The notes beneath the pieces are model-generated. The model was not told the DNA's origin. It saw only the letters and a program-made list of their open reading frames with translations, and did no database searches. Below, one piece after another: positions 23,484 to 37,959 of a stretch of DNA of 64,000 bases. A program made the translations under genes and the position numbers. Source of the stretch: Aplysia californica (lineage: Eukaryota); the NCBI RefSeq assembly GCF_000002075.1, contig NW_004797277.1, positions 271,540-335,539 on the forward strand. The letters are read 5' to 3'. The first letter of the stretch is position 1. Every line of letters starts with the position of its first letter.

Positions 23484-24035
23484 GTAAGTTGTATGCACAC
23501 ACATGCTTTTATTGTGGTCCCATATTGCGGAAATGTTGGTTGTGTGTCCTTGCTATGTCTTCCGAAACTATCTGGTGCTAACGGTTTTACTCGAAAATTT
23601 TATGGATTCAATATAGTATTTTGTGCTTGCTTTTGCACACTTGGATGCAAATGTTCATGATAACAATAAAATTTAGTTGCAAAATACACTTGACAAACAT
23701 GTCCTTGAACTGGGCTAGTTGTGTAGCAGTAGGCACTCTGATGTCTGTTCTATCTGCCTGAAATAATACTAAAGAATTCAGTGCTCTTATGGTCCAGGTA
23801 TGTTCCAGGCAAAATCTGTGGAGTCAGTTATGTTCAGCTCAACAGGGTTTTTTATGTTCTTTTGTCATTTATTGAGACTGTTGTCAACATAAAATCAGTA
23901 GAAGGCTGTAACAACTGGAATGTCGTTGTTTCACTATACTTTGATCTGTACATTAGTATAGTATAATAATATTATTCTCTGTCTCTCTCTCCCCTTTCTC
24001 TTTCTCTCTCTCTCACCTTCTTTCTTTTTCCCTCC

Positions 24036-24283
24036 NNNNNNNNNNNNNNNNNNNNNNNNNNNNNNNNNNNNNNNNNNNNNNNNNNNNNNNNNNNNNNNNN
24101 NNNNNNNNNNNNNNNNNNNNNNNNNNNNNNNNNNNNNNNNNNNNNNNNNNNNNNNNNNNNNNNNNNNNNNNNNNNNNNNNNNNNNNNNNNNNNNNNNNNN
24201 NNNNNNNNNNNNNNNNNNNNNNNNNNNNNNNNNNNNNNNNNNNNNNNNNNNNNNNNNNNNNNNNNNNNNNNNNNNNNNNNNNN
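24036..24283. other. Assembly gap flanked by (CT)n/(CA)n
   Basis: N run. Confidence 1.
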
Positions 24284-24301
24284 TTCTATATATATAATAT
24301 A

Positions 24302-24376
<75 letters not shown>

Positions 24377-24944
24377 TTTATGTGCTACTTTATTCAATCT
24401 CTGTTATCTCTTCTTACTCAATTAAATGTAAGGACCCACACAATTTACAAATATACATGTTTATGTTGTAAAGGATTTGTATAAACGATTCATAGAGATA
24501 CACTCGAAGGTTTATATAACCTTTAATTGCATTCCTTTCAAATAGGGTCTTAATTAAAATTATTTTGGGAATAAAGACGCAAAATTTCAATAGTTGTTAA
24601 GTTTCTTTGGACAATTGTTTTTAACTTATAGAATGGGCCCCACTTTCAACCTGAACAGTCTGTACCTGTAAGGCTAAATGTCATATGGGTGGTTGGCGGG
24701 TGCTCTGGTGTGGTTTGCTCCTTCTTTCCTATCAAACATCTATCGTCCTAATCTCTCCTCCTTCTTTTTTGTGTTTGTTACTCTCTTGTAACACCTCTAA
24801 TCTTCGGCACTTAATGACCTTATTGTGTTGCAAGTGCCGTAAAACATTTACTAAAGCTAAACTAAACTAAAATGTCATATTGTTCACATACATTCTGATT
24901 CTCTTGCTTGTTCAAGCAATAATTATTATTCCATCCCTCTACAG

Positions 24945-25092
24945 TTTGATGAATGAAGTTGTGCACACTTCCCCGACCATTGGCAGCAATGTTGAGGAGG
25001 TTGTATGGAAGAACATTCACTTCCTGATGTGGGACATTGGTGGCCAGGAGTCTCTCAGAGCGTCATGGAATACTTACTACACCAACTCAGAG
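24945..25092 (+). CDS. ARL5: ARL5 coding exon 3
   Basis: [49 protein letters not shown], the ARL5-specific switch regions. Confidence 0.98.
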
Positions 25093-25308
25093 GTATTTTG
25101 TTGAGTTTTACTCTAACATTTCAGTTGGTTTGTTCAATTTCTGTTGTTTACATAATTTTTTTTATTTTTCAGGGTTTTTTTGTTGAGATAGTACATGTTT
25201 TAATTAAATTTTGACCATGTGAAATAATAGTGTAACATTGGTAGACATTGCAATTACTGGATGGCAGTTTCTTATGATTTTCTTTCAACTTTAAGCAAAT
25301 AAACAGCT

Positions 25309-25775
25309 TGTGTCATGAGGCGGTCGATCAGGCGCTCGTCATTTTTTTTTTGCGTTTGGAGTAATGCTATAATCTTAGGGTCTGTTCATTTGCTTTGCTT
25401 TTGATTTTAAAAAAACACCTATCTGTCGAAGTATTTACGATTGAAGGAGGTGGGGCTCGTCTGGTGTCAGGTGATATTGGTGAGAAAAGGCCCCAAAAGT
25501 TAGGTGACTTCAAAAGCTGTAGTGCCCTAGAAAACTGCAAATTTATTTTTATTTTTATTTTTTTGGTTCAAATCTAGGTTTTTCAGTAAGTTTCACACAG
25601 AATTGTCTTTTTAGATAGACATATAAGATAGAAGGTGTTGAGCTCAAGAAGAACCCCCCCCCCCCCCCCCCCACCCCAAAAAAAAAAACGTGGTAAAATT
25701 GCCAAACGGGAAGTAAAATATCCGTTTCTTCTTTTCCATTATATGACAAGTGCCTGATTTTACCCTGATGCCATA
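25309..25775 (-). mobile_element. MITE family A copy
   Basis: Both TIRs and the internal block are recognisable. Confidence 0.75.
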
Positions 25776-26464
25776 ATTTATAATTTGATTATAAAGGAAG
25801 TAAATCAGGGGCAAAATGTTTGATCTTGAATATATTTGGAACTTTGCCTTGTGCTTTTCTTTGCCTGACTGGAAAATAGTTGGCTTATCGGGCATGCTGG
25901 AGATGTCTCTTGATTGATTGAAACAGTGTTGCTGTCGATATAGGCGTAAAACACTACTAATTACTGCTCTGCGCGAATTTCCATTCACATACACAGGTTT
26001 CTTTGTCATTATTTATTTTTATCATGCTGGTAAGAAATGTGCTTCTCTCTCCCCACTCTTTTCATTTTTTTTTTTTTAGGAAGAGGTGCAATGTTTAAGA
26101 TTGGTGAAGAAAATTCTTTATAGTTTCATTTGTTGTTGTTTTTTTTGTTTTTTTTGTTGGTTAGTGTCTGTTTTTCTATGAATGGTATCAATGCCCTAAA
26201 CTAAACATGCACCCTTCCACCCCCACCACCCTCTGGAAAAAAAAATTGAATTAGAAGATACAATTTTTTAATTTAAATAAAAAATGAAAAAAAAAGGTAA
26301 AACCCAAATTCAGGACAAGGCTTTAGTTTGGTCTGGAGTCTTATAGAATGAATGCTGAAGGATCTCTGTGGTCACCTGTCTCATTTATTGCCAAACATTA
26401 CAGCTCTGCACCCACAAGAGTTTTAGCAATTGTATGCAAATATTACTGTATATTTGGGGCATCA

Positions 26465-26878
26465 GTCATCAGTGGAATCAGGCGCTCATCAATGTTGGGG
26501 CATATGGTGTTATTGATATCATCTTATTTTGCTTTTGATGCAAACAATATCCATTTATCTATGATACAAGTCAAGATATTGGCGATTGAAGGAGGTGGGG
26601 TCACCAGGTTTCAGAGATCAAATAAACGAGAAAATGGCCGCCAAAGCTAAGTTATTTCCTTAGCTTGAGAGTCTGTGGAAACTGCAAATGTACATCTTTT
26701 ATGCCTTAACTTAACATTTTAAAGTAAAATCCACACAGAAATGTTTTCTTTAAAGGGCATGAAAGGTGATGAGCCAAAAAACAAGAATTCGATAAAAATT
26801 TCCAAACCTGCGGAAAAATGCCAGTTTCTTGACTTTCATTATTTTGACGAGCGTCTGATTTCACCAGACTGCCTCATG
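26465..26878 (-). mobile_element. MITE family A copy
   Basis: gtggaatcaggcgctcatcaa ... gacgagcgtctgatttcacca. Confidence 0.8.
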
Positions 26879-27886
26879 TATGATTCTGGTGGCCCCAATC
26901 TTTGGGTCACTTTTTAGAAAAAAACCCACACTTTCCAAACTTCAAAATTTGAATTGATATTCAGAATTCCTTAGAAAATGACAAAGCCGGATTGTCATGA
27001 TTCTGAACTAAAGAATTCTTCAAACTGAAGGTTTAAATCGCTATTTATTGTTATATGATAGTCCAGAATTATTGAGCCATTGGTTTCCTTTCCACTTTTA
27101 AATAATCATTTTCACTCTTTGGTCACAGCTGCATGGATAAAAGCAGATGAGAATCCCCAAAACGTACCTAACTTATTGCTGACATGCTGTATTGTTTTTT
27201 AAAAATACGAGACACATATTTTCAAGAAACAACATGTCCTACCTAGTGCAATTTTTCAAAAACTTATAGTTTGAAAACAAGCAACATTTTGAGGGCACTC
27301 TGTTAGCTCAGTTGGCAATATGCTGAACTCTAGAGCTAATGGCCCAGGTTCAAATCTCAGATTAGCGTTCTTAAACTTGGGTTCTTCTGTGGAGTTCTAA
27401 TAGTGTCAATAGGAGTGTTAAACCCATACACTTTTTTCATTACATGACACTTTTTAGAGGAATGATCAGAACAGTGATGACCATGTGATTATTGTGTTTG
27501 GGGAGGGGGGGTGCCGAATTGAGCCGTTGATTTCCAATTCCATTTGAATAACACAAATTTGACGGGGGGTTGGTCATTGATATTTGAGCAACATATGATA
27601 ACCATGTTATATTCGTGCAATTATGTGTTTGGTATTTATGTACGCCGTTTTAAAACATTTCCCAATATAGACTGATTAAGTGGATTTTTTTTCCAATTTC
27701 TTTGATTTAATTTTAATTTAATAGATCATTAGATGTATTCCAAAGACATTTCAGCGAAACTATTGTCAATTAGTTGCGACTGCAGTGGCGGCCGAAAGCA
27801 GTACATATCGATCTAAGCTCAAGACTCTTGGTTATTGTGCTAAAGGCAGGCAGGCAGCTCATATATCAAGTTTTGTTTTGTTTCAG

Positions 27887-27970
27887 TTCATCATCATGGT
27901 GATAGACAGCACAGACAGAGAGAGGTTGTCCATCACCAAGGAAGAATTGTACAAGATGTTGGCACATGAG
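27887..27970 (+). CDS. ARL5: ARL5 coding exon 4
   Basis: [28 protein letters not shown]; tttcag acceptor, GTGAGT donor. Confidence 0.97.
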
Positions 27971-28276
27971 GTGAGTGTTTAGCTTCTCAAAGTCCCTGGT
28001 AATTATTTTTTACCCTGTAGCAAGGCTATGATGTTGTTTCTTATGTTTTGACATAATTGTTTGCTAGTTTCACCAAGCAGGCCAGTGGATAAACTTCGCT
28101 GTTTCCTTTCAACAGATGGTATAACTCTCTATCCAGTGGGATGGCGCCCATATGCTACAGCCTCTCTGACATAGAGGTGGCATCTTTTATTCGTAGGCCT
28201 ACACATTATTTCATATTTCAAATTCTCTTTTTTGCCAATCTGTTATGACCCATTCCTGCTTTGTTCCTGTTCATAG

Positions 28277-28428
28277 GATCTGCGCAAGGCAGCCGTACTG
28301 ATCTATGCCAACAAGCAGGATATCAAAGGCTGTATGTCACCAGCGAAAATCTCGCAACAGCTTAACTTGACTGCTGTGAAAGATCACGTGTGGCACATAC
28401 AAGCCTGCTGTGGCCTTACTGGCGAGGG
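28277..28428 (+). CDS. ARL5: ARL5 coding exon 5
   Basis: [15 protein letters not shown]...[13 protein letters not shown] (G4 NKQD and G5). Confidence 0.97.
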
Positions 28429-28894
28429 GTACGTAATGTACCAGTATTGTGCCTGGTTCTATTTTTCTCAGAGATTTGTATCCCTATATTGTTCTGTGAT
28501 GTCTGGGATCATCAAGTTAGATGTGTTAATTTACAGTATTTAATTTAATTTCGGTCTGTCTTCAAATCAGAGATCAAAGGGTGGCTGTTAGTTCTTGGGC
28601 AGGTGGTCGATAGAGCAGGTTTGACTGTACTTAGACTGAAGACTAAACAAGCACTTCAATCCAATGCATCAACATCTGACTATCTCTGTGAGAAAGACAA
28701 CACACTGTACTTTAAAATTGTTTTATCAGTCACAAGGCCCAGGCTTCACATCTCATAGTTTAAAAACATATGTGAGGCACCGTGGTGAAATCAGGTGCTA
28801 GTCAAAATAATGAAATCAATTTTTTTTTTTCCCCTAACACCTTTTACGTCCATTTAAAATCACATTTCTTTGTAGATTTTACTGAAAAACATTG

Positions 28895-29210
28895 TGGCGT
28901 TAGGCTCTCCGACTCGCAACGTATTAAGGTCATAGGTCGAATCCTGTCCTGGGACCGATGTTATGTCCTTTGGAAAGACATTTATACGAATTTTCCTCAC
29001 TTCACCCTGATGGGAATGGGTACCCAGCTAAAGACAGTTAAAGGACTTGTCAGTTTGTTAGTGTCTGAGCGCTTAATCAGCTGCTTGCACTGTATGTTTC
29101 TTGGGAAGCTGAGAATGTTTCTGAATATGATATGATCTGCTGGGGTAATAATATAGTGTAAAGCGCATAGAGCTTGCTGTTGAGCGTGGAAATGCGCTAC
29201 ACAAATGCTG
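28895..29210 (+). mobile_element. tRNA-derived SINE, 5'-truncated
   Basis: Homologous to 40561-40910; L2-like tail tgtaaagcgcatagag...tgcgcta. Confidence 0.85.
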
Positions 29211-29212
29211 CT

Positions 29213-29653
29213 TGTGTCACGGCGCTGTGGAATCAGGCTCTCATCAATTTTTGGGCATGTAGAGTTATTAGTATCATCTTAAAGTTTGTTCATTTGCCTT
29301 GCTTTGGATGAAAAAAATATCCATTTATCTTGAATACAAGTCGAGTTATTCACAAATGAAGGAGGTGGGGGTGGGTCGTCAGGTTTCAGAGTTAAAATCA
29401 CTGAGAAAATGGCTGCCAAAGATTAGTTATTTCCTATGCTTGAGAGTTCGTGGAAACTGAAAAGTTACATTTTCTGGGCCTTTAATCAACATTTTTCAGT
29501 AAAATCCACATTGAAATGTGTTCCTTAGTGGGCTTGAGAGGTGTTGAGCCTAAAAACAAAAATTTGATAAAAATTGCCAAACTGGTGGAAAAATGCCTTT
29601 TTCTTCGAGTTCATTATTTTGATGAGTGCTTGATTTCACCACGATGCCTCACA
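29213..29653 (-). mobile_element. MITE family A copy
   Basis: Both TIRs present. Confidence 0.85.
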
Positions 29654-31643
29654 TTTATTATTATTGTTCAAGGCTAACAAAATATAAATTTGCACTTTCC
29701 AAGAACTATCAGGCTTTGGAGGTCACCAAATTTATTATGATACACAACTCCATATGCTCAAAAACTGTCAAGTGCCTGATTCCACCATGACATGGCACGT
29801 ATATATAATATGGATAGGTATGATCTCATATCTTTTTATTGAAAATTTAGGTATCAAAGAAACAAAATAGGTTTTTGCCTATGTAGGAGCTACACCTACA
29901 GCGCACTGGGCAGGGGATTATAGAGATATAGGACCTATCTACAGCAAAGTCAAGGAGTAAACCGCTTGACCTCTGTATGCACATGCACCTTACATGTGAA
30001 GAAAAATTCTTTCAAATGCGAGATGCCACAAGTCACAATCTTTAATGGACAATTGTTCCCTTATGGAGTTAATATAGGAGACAGGTCTGTAAAGCTATAT
30101 GTCAATTGAAAGAGAAATGAAGAGATGACTTCATCCAGTGACAAGACATGTATAGAACCAGTCATAACAATGCTAACGAGTTGAAAGGACAGATACTATA
30201 TAAGCGCTCTGACTCTACGCATTGGTTCTGTCTCTCACAATGTTTTTAAGAGAGACAACTCATCTTGTTTTGTTTTATTGGTCACAAAGCTGATGCTTCC
30301 TGTCAAACCATATTATATCAATAGAAAAAGAAATGAAGAGTTGGCTTTATCCATTGACAAGGTCTGGGTAGAATAAGCTATATTGATGTTAGCATTCAAC
30401 GGGTCCTCTCAGACCCTCACTCAATGTGTGTAAAAAAGACAACACTCCTCACTTTGAATTGTCAGTGTTAAACGCACTTCCCATCAAATAGTTTGTATAG
30501 ATATGATCTCATAGCCAGAACAACAAACTTTCATCAAAGGATGTCACTTTTTTGTTCGAAACTTTGTAGTAGCTGAGATATCAACACAACAGAACATGGG
30601 ATTAACTGTTATATTTTGAGATGTGTTTTACAGTATGCTGAACTGCAGATTACTAAGATGTATGAAATACATTAACACATTACACCCTAACTCGCCCGGA
30701 ATCGCCCGAGAATTCCCTTACGCGCTCTGCCCTGACTCGCCCTGAATCGCCCGCGCCGACCTAGCATCTTTAGAAACGAAGTCTCGCCTTGTCGAGACTC
30801 TGGGGCCGAGATTTTGATTTGCATAGTCATAGCAAAAAGTTTCTTCTTTCGTTTGATACCGAAACGAAATTTTTTGGGCCAGTAGTTTTAGTATTAGAGC
30901 TGATCGAAGTGCGATTGCGTTACCGACACTTCAAAAGTGTCTCGACTTGTTGAAAAGCAACACAATTGAGTTCGAGAACAGAACTAACGATTGATTTGAG
31001 CAAAAACAAGCTTGTGGCAAATCAGATGGCTCAGATTTTAATGAAAACGTTGTAGCAAGAGTTTGGGGCGATTCAGATTGATCAAATGTAGAAAATGGAT
31101 AATTTAGATCTAGGGCCCGACCACGAAGCTGAGAGCGAGAGTGACAGGTCGGACACCCCGATTTAACTAAAGTTAGAACATTTCCAACTATTTGCGCTTA
31201 CATAAAGTTATATTTTTCTGAAACTACTTTCAGTTTTCTTGTTAACTTTTATTTTTTCAAGATTTTTGGAATTTGTTTAGTATTTTTAAAATGTGTTTTT
31301 TAAAAGCTTGTATTCACGGGAGGTGGGTTCTTTCCCCTTGCTTAGGATCTAACAATGGACTAACACAATAGTGTTAACAACACTATCAAAGGTTTAATGC
31401 ATTTAATGTTCTTTCAATTATTCAAAGCACGGTTGGATTCTTTACCAAGGTATGTTAGGTCCTTCAGAGAAGTTTTGTAGTGACTACACTGTATCCATTA
31501 AAAATATGAATGGCACTTTCCTATTAATTCCGGCGCTTAAAGCTGACATTGCAGAATTTTTTTTTCGTTCAAACTAGTTAATGGGGACTATTGTACCCGG
31601 TGAATGCATTTTGAATTTTATTCTTTGTGTACTTTTATTTCAG

Positions 31644-31692
31644 GTTATACCAAGGCTTGGAGTGGATAACCTCTCATATACGTCGGCGGTGA
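31644..31692 (+). CDS. ARL5: ARL5 last coding exon
   Basis: LYQGLEWITSHIRRR-TGA; total CDS 46+61+148+84+152+49=540 nt, 179 aa. Confidence 0.96.
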
Positions 31693-34600
31693 CAATACTC
31701 TGACAAATTTTGATGTTCATTTGATTTTTGGTTCTTATGGAAGTATGCATTGAATAATGTTAGGAACAAATGTATTTAGCTCGAGGACTAAAAGATCAGA
31801 ATTGTTTTGCTTGAAAATGAATACTGTCATGCACTCTTTAGTAATGGTCGAGGACTTTGATGGTGATGGTAAACAATGAATTTTATACCATTTTTTTTTC
31901 TGGTCGGAGAATGTTGGTGCCATGTGTCAGTGAGCAGGTGAATGTAGTGTGCGGGTGTATGGCAGCATTTTGATGTTTCAAGGTGAGGCTTTTACTGTTG
32001 TACACAGCCGCAGAAGTCTCTTCTTGACACACATGTATGGTGTTTTTTGGCATTTATTCTCTTTCTTGGGATGTTACACCTGATTTGTTCAAAATACAGA
32101 AGAAAGCACAGTTCAAAGTAGTTCTCATTGCACCGTGTTTTGCCTTAATGTGACAAATTTCCATGGAGACTGCGGATTTTTTACCCCTCTGGCTACCTCA
32201 GGCTGTCTGTGAATTGTTAGGAGTGGTCTTCAATTTGTGGTTTCTATGTATCCAGATAATCATTTTCAGTCGAAGGATCTCCTGAACTTTGATTTGTCTT
32301 ACATCCTTTCAAAATAGATATAAATCACTAAGAAAGGCTATTGATTTATAGATGTATATACTTGTAAAATTGCCTTTTTTTTGGGCTTTTCCATTAGTTA
32401 ACCCTGCTGATACTAATGGGTACATTGGTAGAGTTGCTATATAAATTACAGACAGACCACAGTACGAAGAGACTGGTAACAGTGCAAAAATCGAAAGGTG
32501 GAGTAGATCGATTTGGCACTGAGAAAGTTGTCATGAGTAAAGAAGACTGGAAATATTAGAAATTCTTTTTTTAGCAACCATGGCAAGTTTAGCAAAATTT
32601 CCATGAATGAATTAGAACTCACATGTTTTGTTTTGTGTAAAGGCTTAAGACGTACGGAAGCTCAGTGGCCCTGTCCTTTTAAATCTAAGCTAATGGAGGC
32701 AGCAGGGTTAAGATCATATTATGTCTACATTTGAAATTGTCTGTTCTCTGCAAATATAATAATATTGCTACAGCATGTTGGCTTTCCAAGGTGGGTTTTA
32801 GCTGCATTTTCAATAATTTACATCTTATTTGGAATGGTCATGTGATATTTGATAATCTCAACTATGTCCTGACTTTCCATGTTATGTTTGCCTCTAAGTA
32901 GTTTTTACGCCTTCCTTTCTGATTCTGTCTACACCCTTAGAGACCATCAAGCTTAATTTGACCAGAGTCTGTGGTGTAATTGTTTGGCTCTTTTCCACTT
33001 CAGGTAAAAAAAAATGTGAGTTTGATTCCCACCTGTCTTTATTGAGTAGCTCTGCCTTTCTCCTGATCTGCTGTGTCTCATTCAGGCTAGGTTAGTCTTG
33101 ACAGGCAAAGTTGAAGCAGCTTCTCTGTTGAATTAAGTAATGGCATCAGTGGGTGGGATGTAAAGCATTTGCAATTGTATAATTAAGTCCTATTTTGAAG
33201 TGTGTTATGTATGAACATATAGCTGCTTTTGAGGACTTTTCAGTTTTCAGTTGAGCTTTTAAGTACACTGCTTTAGAAAAGGTACAAGAGTGAATATGCC
33301 TTGAGAGGTTTATGAGTTTTGTTTCAGAGTCTGCTGTCTCCATGGTGTTTCACAAGAATGAAGAAATGATTAGAACATTGTTTATGGGTGCCGATACTAA
33401 AGAAGCTGCAGTCAAGGAGCTGTTCTTTTATAACAAAAGTTCTTAGTCCGGTAGTTTTTGTGTAGTGTGCATTTATTTATGTGAATGCTCGAGGAACTGC
33501 CATTATACTAAAAGACGTCATGATCTGTTTTTGATTAGTAGCCTGCACTCACTCCCTTTGGGCAAAATCAGTTGGGTTTTTTTTTTCTTTTCTGGCAGCA
33601 AGAGTTTTGTCTACTAGTATTGCATCACATTTATCTTTCTTGACCATGATCCCCACCAGATTGAGCAAGTTGATATCTTTGAAGATTTTTACTCAACACA
33701 GTGAGCCAGTTGGTGTATTTGAAGATTTTTTACTCACTGCATTCACTGATTGGTGAATTTGAAGAAGTTGGTAAATCCTTGCATGCTCAGGGACACATCT
33801 GTGCTGTTATTCTTTTAAATATTTTTATGTTTCAACAATTGACAGAAATAAGAGGCAGTTTGTGTGAATGTGAGCTTTTCTGTTCGTCTTTAGATTGTTT
33901 CCATTTTAGGCAACAATGCAATTAGGGCACAAATTTCATCAAGGAAGCATATTATGTATTAATGTGTTCTGGTCAGTGGCTGCTTTAATCAACAAGATGA
34001 CACAGCTGGCTCTAGTCACATTTGCACTTTGGCGTAGTATTTTTTTTGTCTGTCAATTGGGAACCTGCTCTTTTATTTTTATGTTATTTCTATTGAAAGT
34101 AAATTACCATTTTTGTGTGTGTGTCTATGGAATCTGAAAACAAGGCATTTTTGTGTGTCTGGAAATAATAATAACATGCTTGTGTACAGTTAAATATCTT
34201 AGATCTTTTTTGTTATGTATTCCCCCCCCCCCCCCCCCCCCCCGAGCCTCTATTCAGACAGGCTTGATATATATGTATGTGTGCATGCATGTGTGTGCAG
34301 GAATTTGTATGTATTTTCATCTTCTATTTCTATCATAATTAGATTCCTTGCTGACAATGGAATTCAGATATTGACGCTTTGTTTTGGCCAGTGTACACTT
34401 GGCTAAAAGAAAAAGTGGAGTCATTTACGACCATGATACATTGCTTTTCAGTATGTGCTTAGCGGACTTGAACACAACAACTGATTCCAGCGATGTTATT
34501 ATGATCAGTGCCATCAGCATATTTTACACAGTTGGAATTGCTATAAAAGCAAATATTTGAAAAAATACACATTTATTTAGAAAAACTTTTTTAAAGACCT

Positions 34601-36678
34601 TGTTTATTATTGCCACTCCGTCCTTAGGTAATGGGAGTGAAATTTGATTTGAAAGAATTATTACAAATTTCTCAGCATTATTGCCATTTGCGCCAGTATC
34701 TATGATATATCAATTGTCTGTGCCTCTGTATTGCCTTTTGTACGTGTCTGTCCTGTTCTAATCACTATTTTATATTCTAAACTATCCTACTTTGCTGGAA
34801 AATTTGCGTCATGTTCTCTTTCGTTGAAATACTAACTTGATATGTCTTTCCTTGAAAATGCTGAGAAAAATACTCTGAAGTTTTTTTGTTCTTTGCGGTG
34901 TTGTGAGTGACAAGGACTTTTCAGAGTATTCATGATTTTCTAGTGCATTTAGTTATATTTTGGGAAATAGATACAATAAAACAGTTGCTTTTCAAAATTT
35001 GCACAATCAGGTTCTGAGGGGAATGTTTAAGTTTTCTTTGGAAGGTGTTTTCACAAAGAAGAGGGTTTGTAAAAATCAGATGCCCCTCAAGACTTCAAAG
35101 AGGGGTTTTTAACTTTTCATAAAAGTTTGATCCAAAGAGAACATCATGTCTCAGCTTTTTTTCATCCTATCCAGGAATTTTAGTTATATCGTAAGTAACA
35201 AAAATTTTTCCTTTAAAAAAATCAAAAGTGGAACTGAATGGTCAGAAAGATGTGGAATATACAATTTTCTTTGACAGTGGATGAAATGCACCTCATGTCT
35301 GGTAATGGTCTCTCTTTTTTTTTGTACATGATCTGTGTGTCTGCTTTGGCTTTGGTAGTCAGTGTAAATACAAAACAAGCATTGTTTCGATTCCTGTTAT
35401 GTGACGCTGCTTTAAAAATGTATTGTTATTGCAACCTTGAGGGTTTGTCTGGATGATGCCTGGACTTGTGATTTCTGGGTCTTGTCAGGTTACTGTCAGT
35501 GATACTCGTTCAACATTCGCCCTGGTCACAATTCCGTGTCTTCAAAAAGTCCAGAGAAATAACATTTTCTTTCCTTCCATCAATTTTCTAATTCTTGAAA
35601 TTCCATACATTTGGTTGATTACAGTAACTGGTAGATGCACTAAATGTCAATGTTATTTTGAAAGTTCTATCTATGACTATACTGCTTTTCAAAGGTAAAG
35701 CGATGTAACTGCCCATTTCATGATATTGAGAAAAATGTGTATTGAGACCAATCACTTACATAGCTTTACGACTTTGTAAACTATTTTTTCGGATGCAGAT
35801 GCACTGTCCTGCCTTTGACACAAGTGCAGTAAGGGCAAGACCAGTATAACAAAACAATAAAACTATAAAACTCAAATGTTGCCAGATACCTTGCTTTGCC
35901 TTGGGAGATGGCAATATAGTGGCTTTTTCTGTTCAAATTAGCCCTAAGGCGACTGGGGTGATTGTAGAATGAGTGTGGTTATTTGTCAGTGAGCTTGTAG
36001 GCCTACATTTCTGTTATGAAACAATAGATTGCAAATGGCATTTGTTTTTTTCAGTTTGTTTCGTTTGCTCAAGAGAGAGCAGTTTATTTATTTGAGTTAA
36101 CATGGCCGTCTTATATTGAACTCATTCGATAGTGTGTGGTCTTTCTTACATCTCTGTCTTTAGATTAGGGCTAAAAATGTTAGGTTAGTCATTTTCTTTT
36201 GCAGAAATTCTACTGCATATATATGTGTTTTTGCTTTATCAAATTATTTTTTGTCTAATTCTGTTTTTCTTCATTATTTTTTGTCTAATTCTGTTTTTCT
36301 TCAGTACCTGTTCGTTTTAAGTTACTGCAAGGAAGGACTCGAAGACGATGTGTGGGATGCGAGCTTATTCTCATTAGCATTTTCTGGGCTCTTAAGAGTT
36401 CTGATCAAAATGATAATTACCATACTACCCTTTTGAAGTCCCACATAGCTGTTTTTGAGAAATGAAACATATGGAACATGCAGTTAGCTCAGTAAACTCA
36501 GTTGGTATCATGCTGTTGATTCAAGCCACCAATAATTATATATTTCTTGAATTTGATTTCTTTGAGATTTTCCCATGTCATTCCTTTTACAGAGGCCCCA
36601 CGTCTTTAATAGCCGTGCTTTGTTGAAAAGAGTGTTGATACCCACGGTATGCCTATCAAACAACTGTTCAGTCAAGTA

Positions 36679-37464
36679 CAGTCGAACCTGCCCTGACGGC
36701 CCCCTGTGCAAACGGACACTTTCCATTTTCCCCCTTGCGTTTTTTCTATATAATTTAACTGTGTAGAAGGGGCACCTGTCCAACGCGGCCGCGGCCACCA
36801 TATTTTAACACACAACCCTTATCATACCAAGCAATAACCCCTGTCTTAGACGGCCACCTTAGCGACGCCATTATGTTTTGTCATAAATCATGCTTTGGCC
36901 CCTTGCGTTGGGTGAGCCATCATAATCAAATCACCTGTCGTTATTGTTAGGTAGTCCCTCCAACCGATCATGTTGCGTAGGCCCCTCCCACTGTTAGGTA
37001 ACAAATTTTCAGCTGCTGGTGAGGTAAGCATGTGATCCCTCATAACCCATAAGCCCCGCCCAGAACTCATACCCAAATCGTGAGTGAGTTGAGTGGTCAC
37101 TGTTTACCCAGTCTGTAACAAAGTAACAATGGACGTCAACATGAACTTGTGACAGAAGCGTTGCTCGTTCTCCGAGCGGTGGTGACCCATGTGTTTGTTT
37201 TACCATAGCACTCGGTCCTCCTTGTCTGACACATTTCGTTTTATTGTCACCCTTTCACAAAAGGAGTAACAAAAGAACCCCCCAGCGAAAACAACACCAG
37301 TATCAACAACAACAACAACAACAATGCGACTACTTTCGGTTGGGACCTCAGAAAGGAATGGTTTGTTTTCTTCATCTTGATCAGTCCTGCCTAAGACGGC
37401 CACCTGTCTTATACGGCCAATTTTCACCTTGACAATGGATGGCAGTCTTACACAGGCTCGTCTG
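36679..37464 (-). mobile_element. Tc1/mariner MITE family B, second copy
   Basis: Reverse complement of 10893-11697; TA|CAGTCGAACCTG terminus. Confidence 0.9.
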
Positions 37465-37525
37465 TGGAAGCAGATTGGGGGATGATATTGTTTCCTCCTT
37501 TTTCCTGAACTATAGTATATATATA

Positions 37526-37959
37526 TGTACGGCATCGTGGTGAAATCAGGCGCTATTCAAAATAATGAATTCCGAGAAATCAGCATTCTTCTTCCAGTTT
37601 TGGAAAATTTTTCGAATTTTTGTTTTTTGCCTCAACACCTTGTATGTCCATTCAAAAACACTTATGTGTGGATTTTATTGAAAAATGTTGATTAAAGGCA
37701 CAAAAAATGTGAATTTAAGTTTCTAAAGACTCTTAAGCTATGGAAGTCACCAAACTTTGACAGCCATTTTCTCTCTTATTTTACTTCTCAAGCCCGCCGA
37801 CCCCCTCCTCCTTCAGTCGCAAATATCTCAACTTCTGTTCAAGACAAATGGATATTTTTTTCTTTGAAAGCAAGGCAAATGAACAACTTTTAAGATGATA
37901 CCAATAACTCCATATGCCTAAAAATTGACGAGCGCCTGATTCCATTGCGTCATGACACA
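37526..37959 (+). mobile_element. MITE family A copy
   Basis: TA-flanked, both TIRs present. Confidence 0.85.

Noticed and set aside
31690-31713. ARL5 stop-codon readthrough (TGA-C)
   Set aside because: Context TGA CAA TAC matches neither CUAG nor CARYYA; extension would be only a few residues
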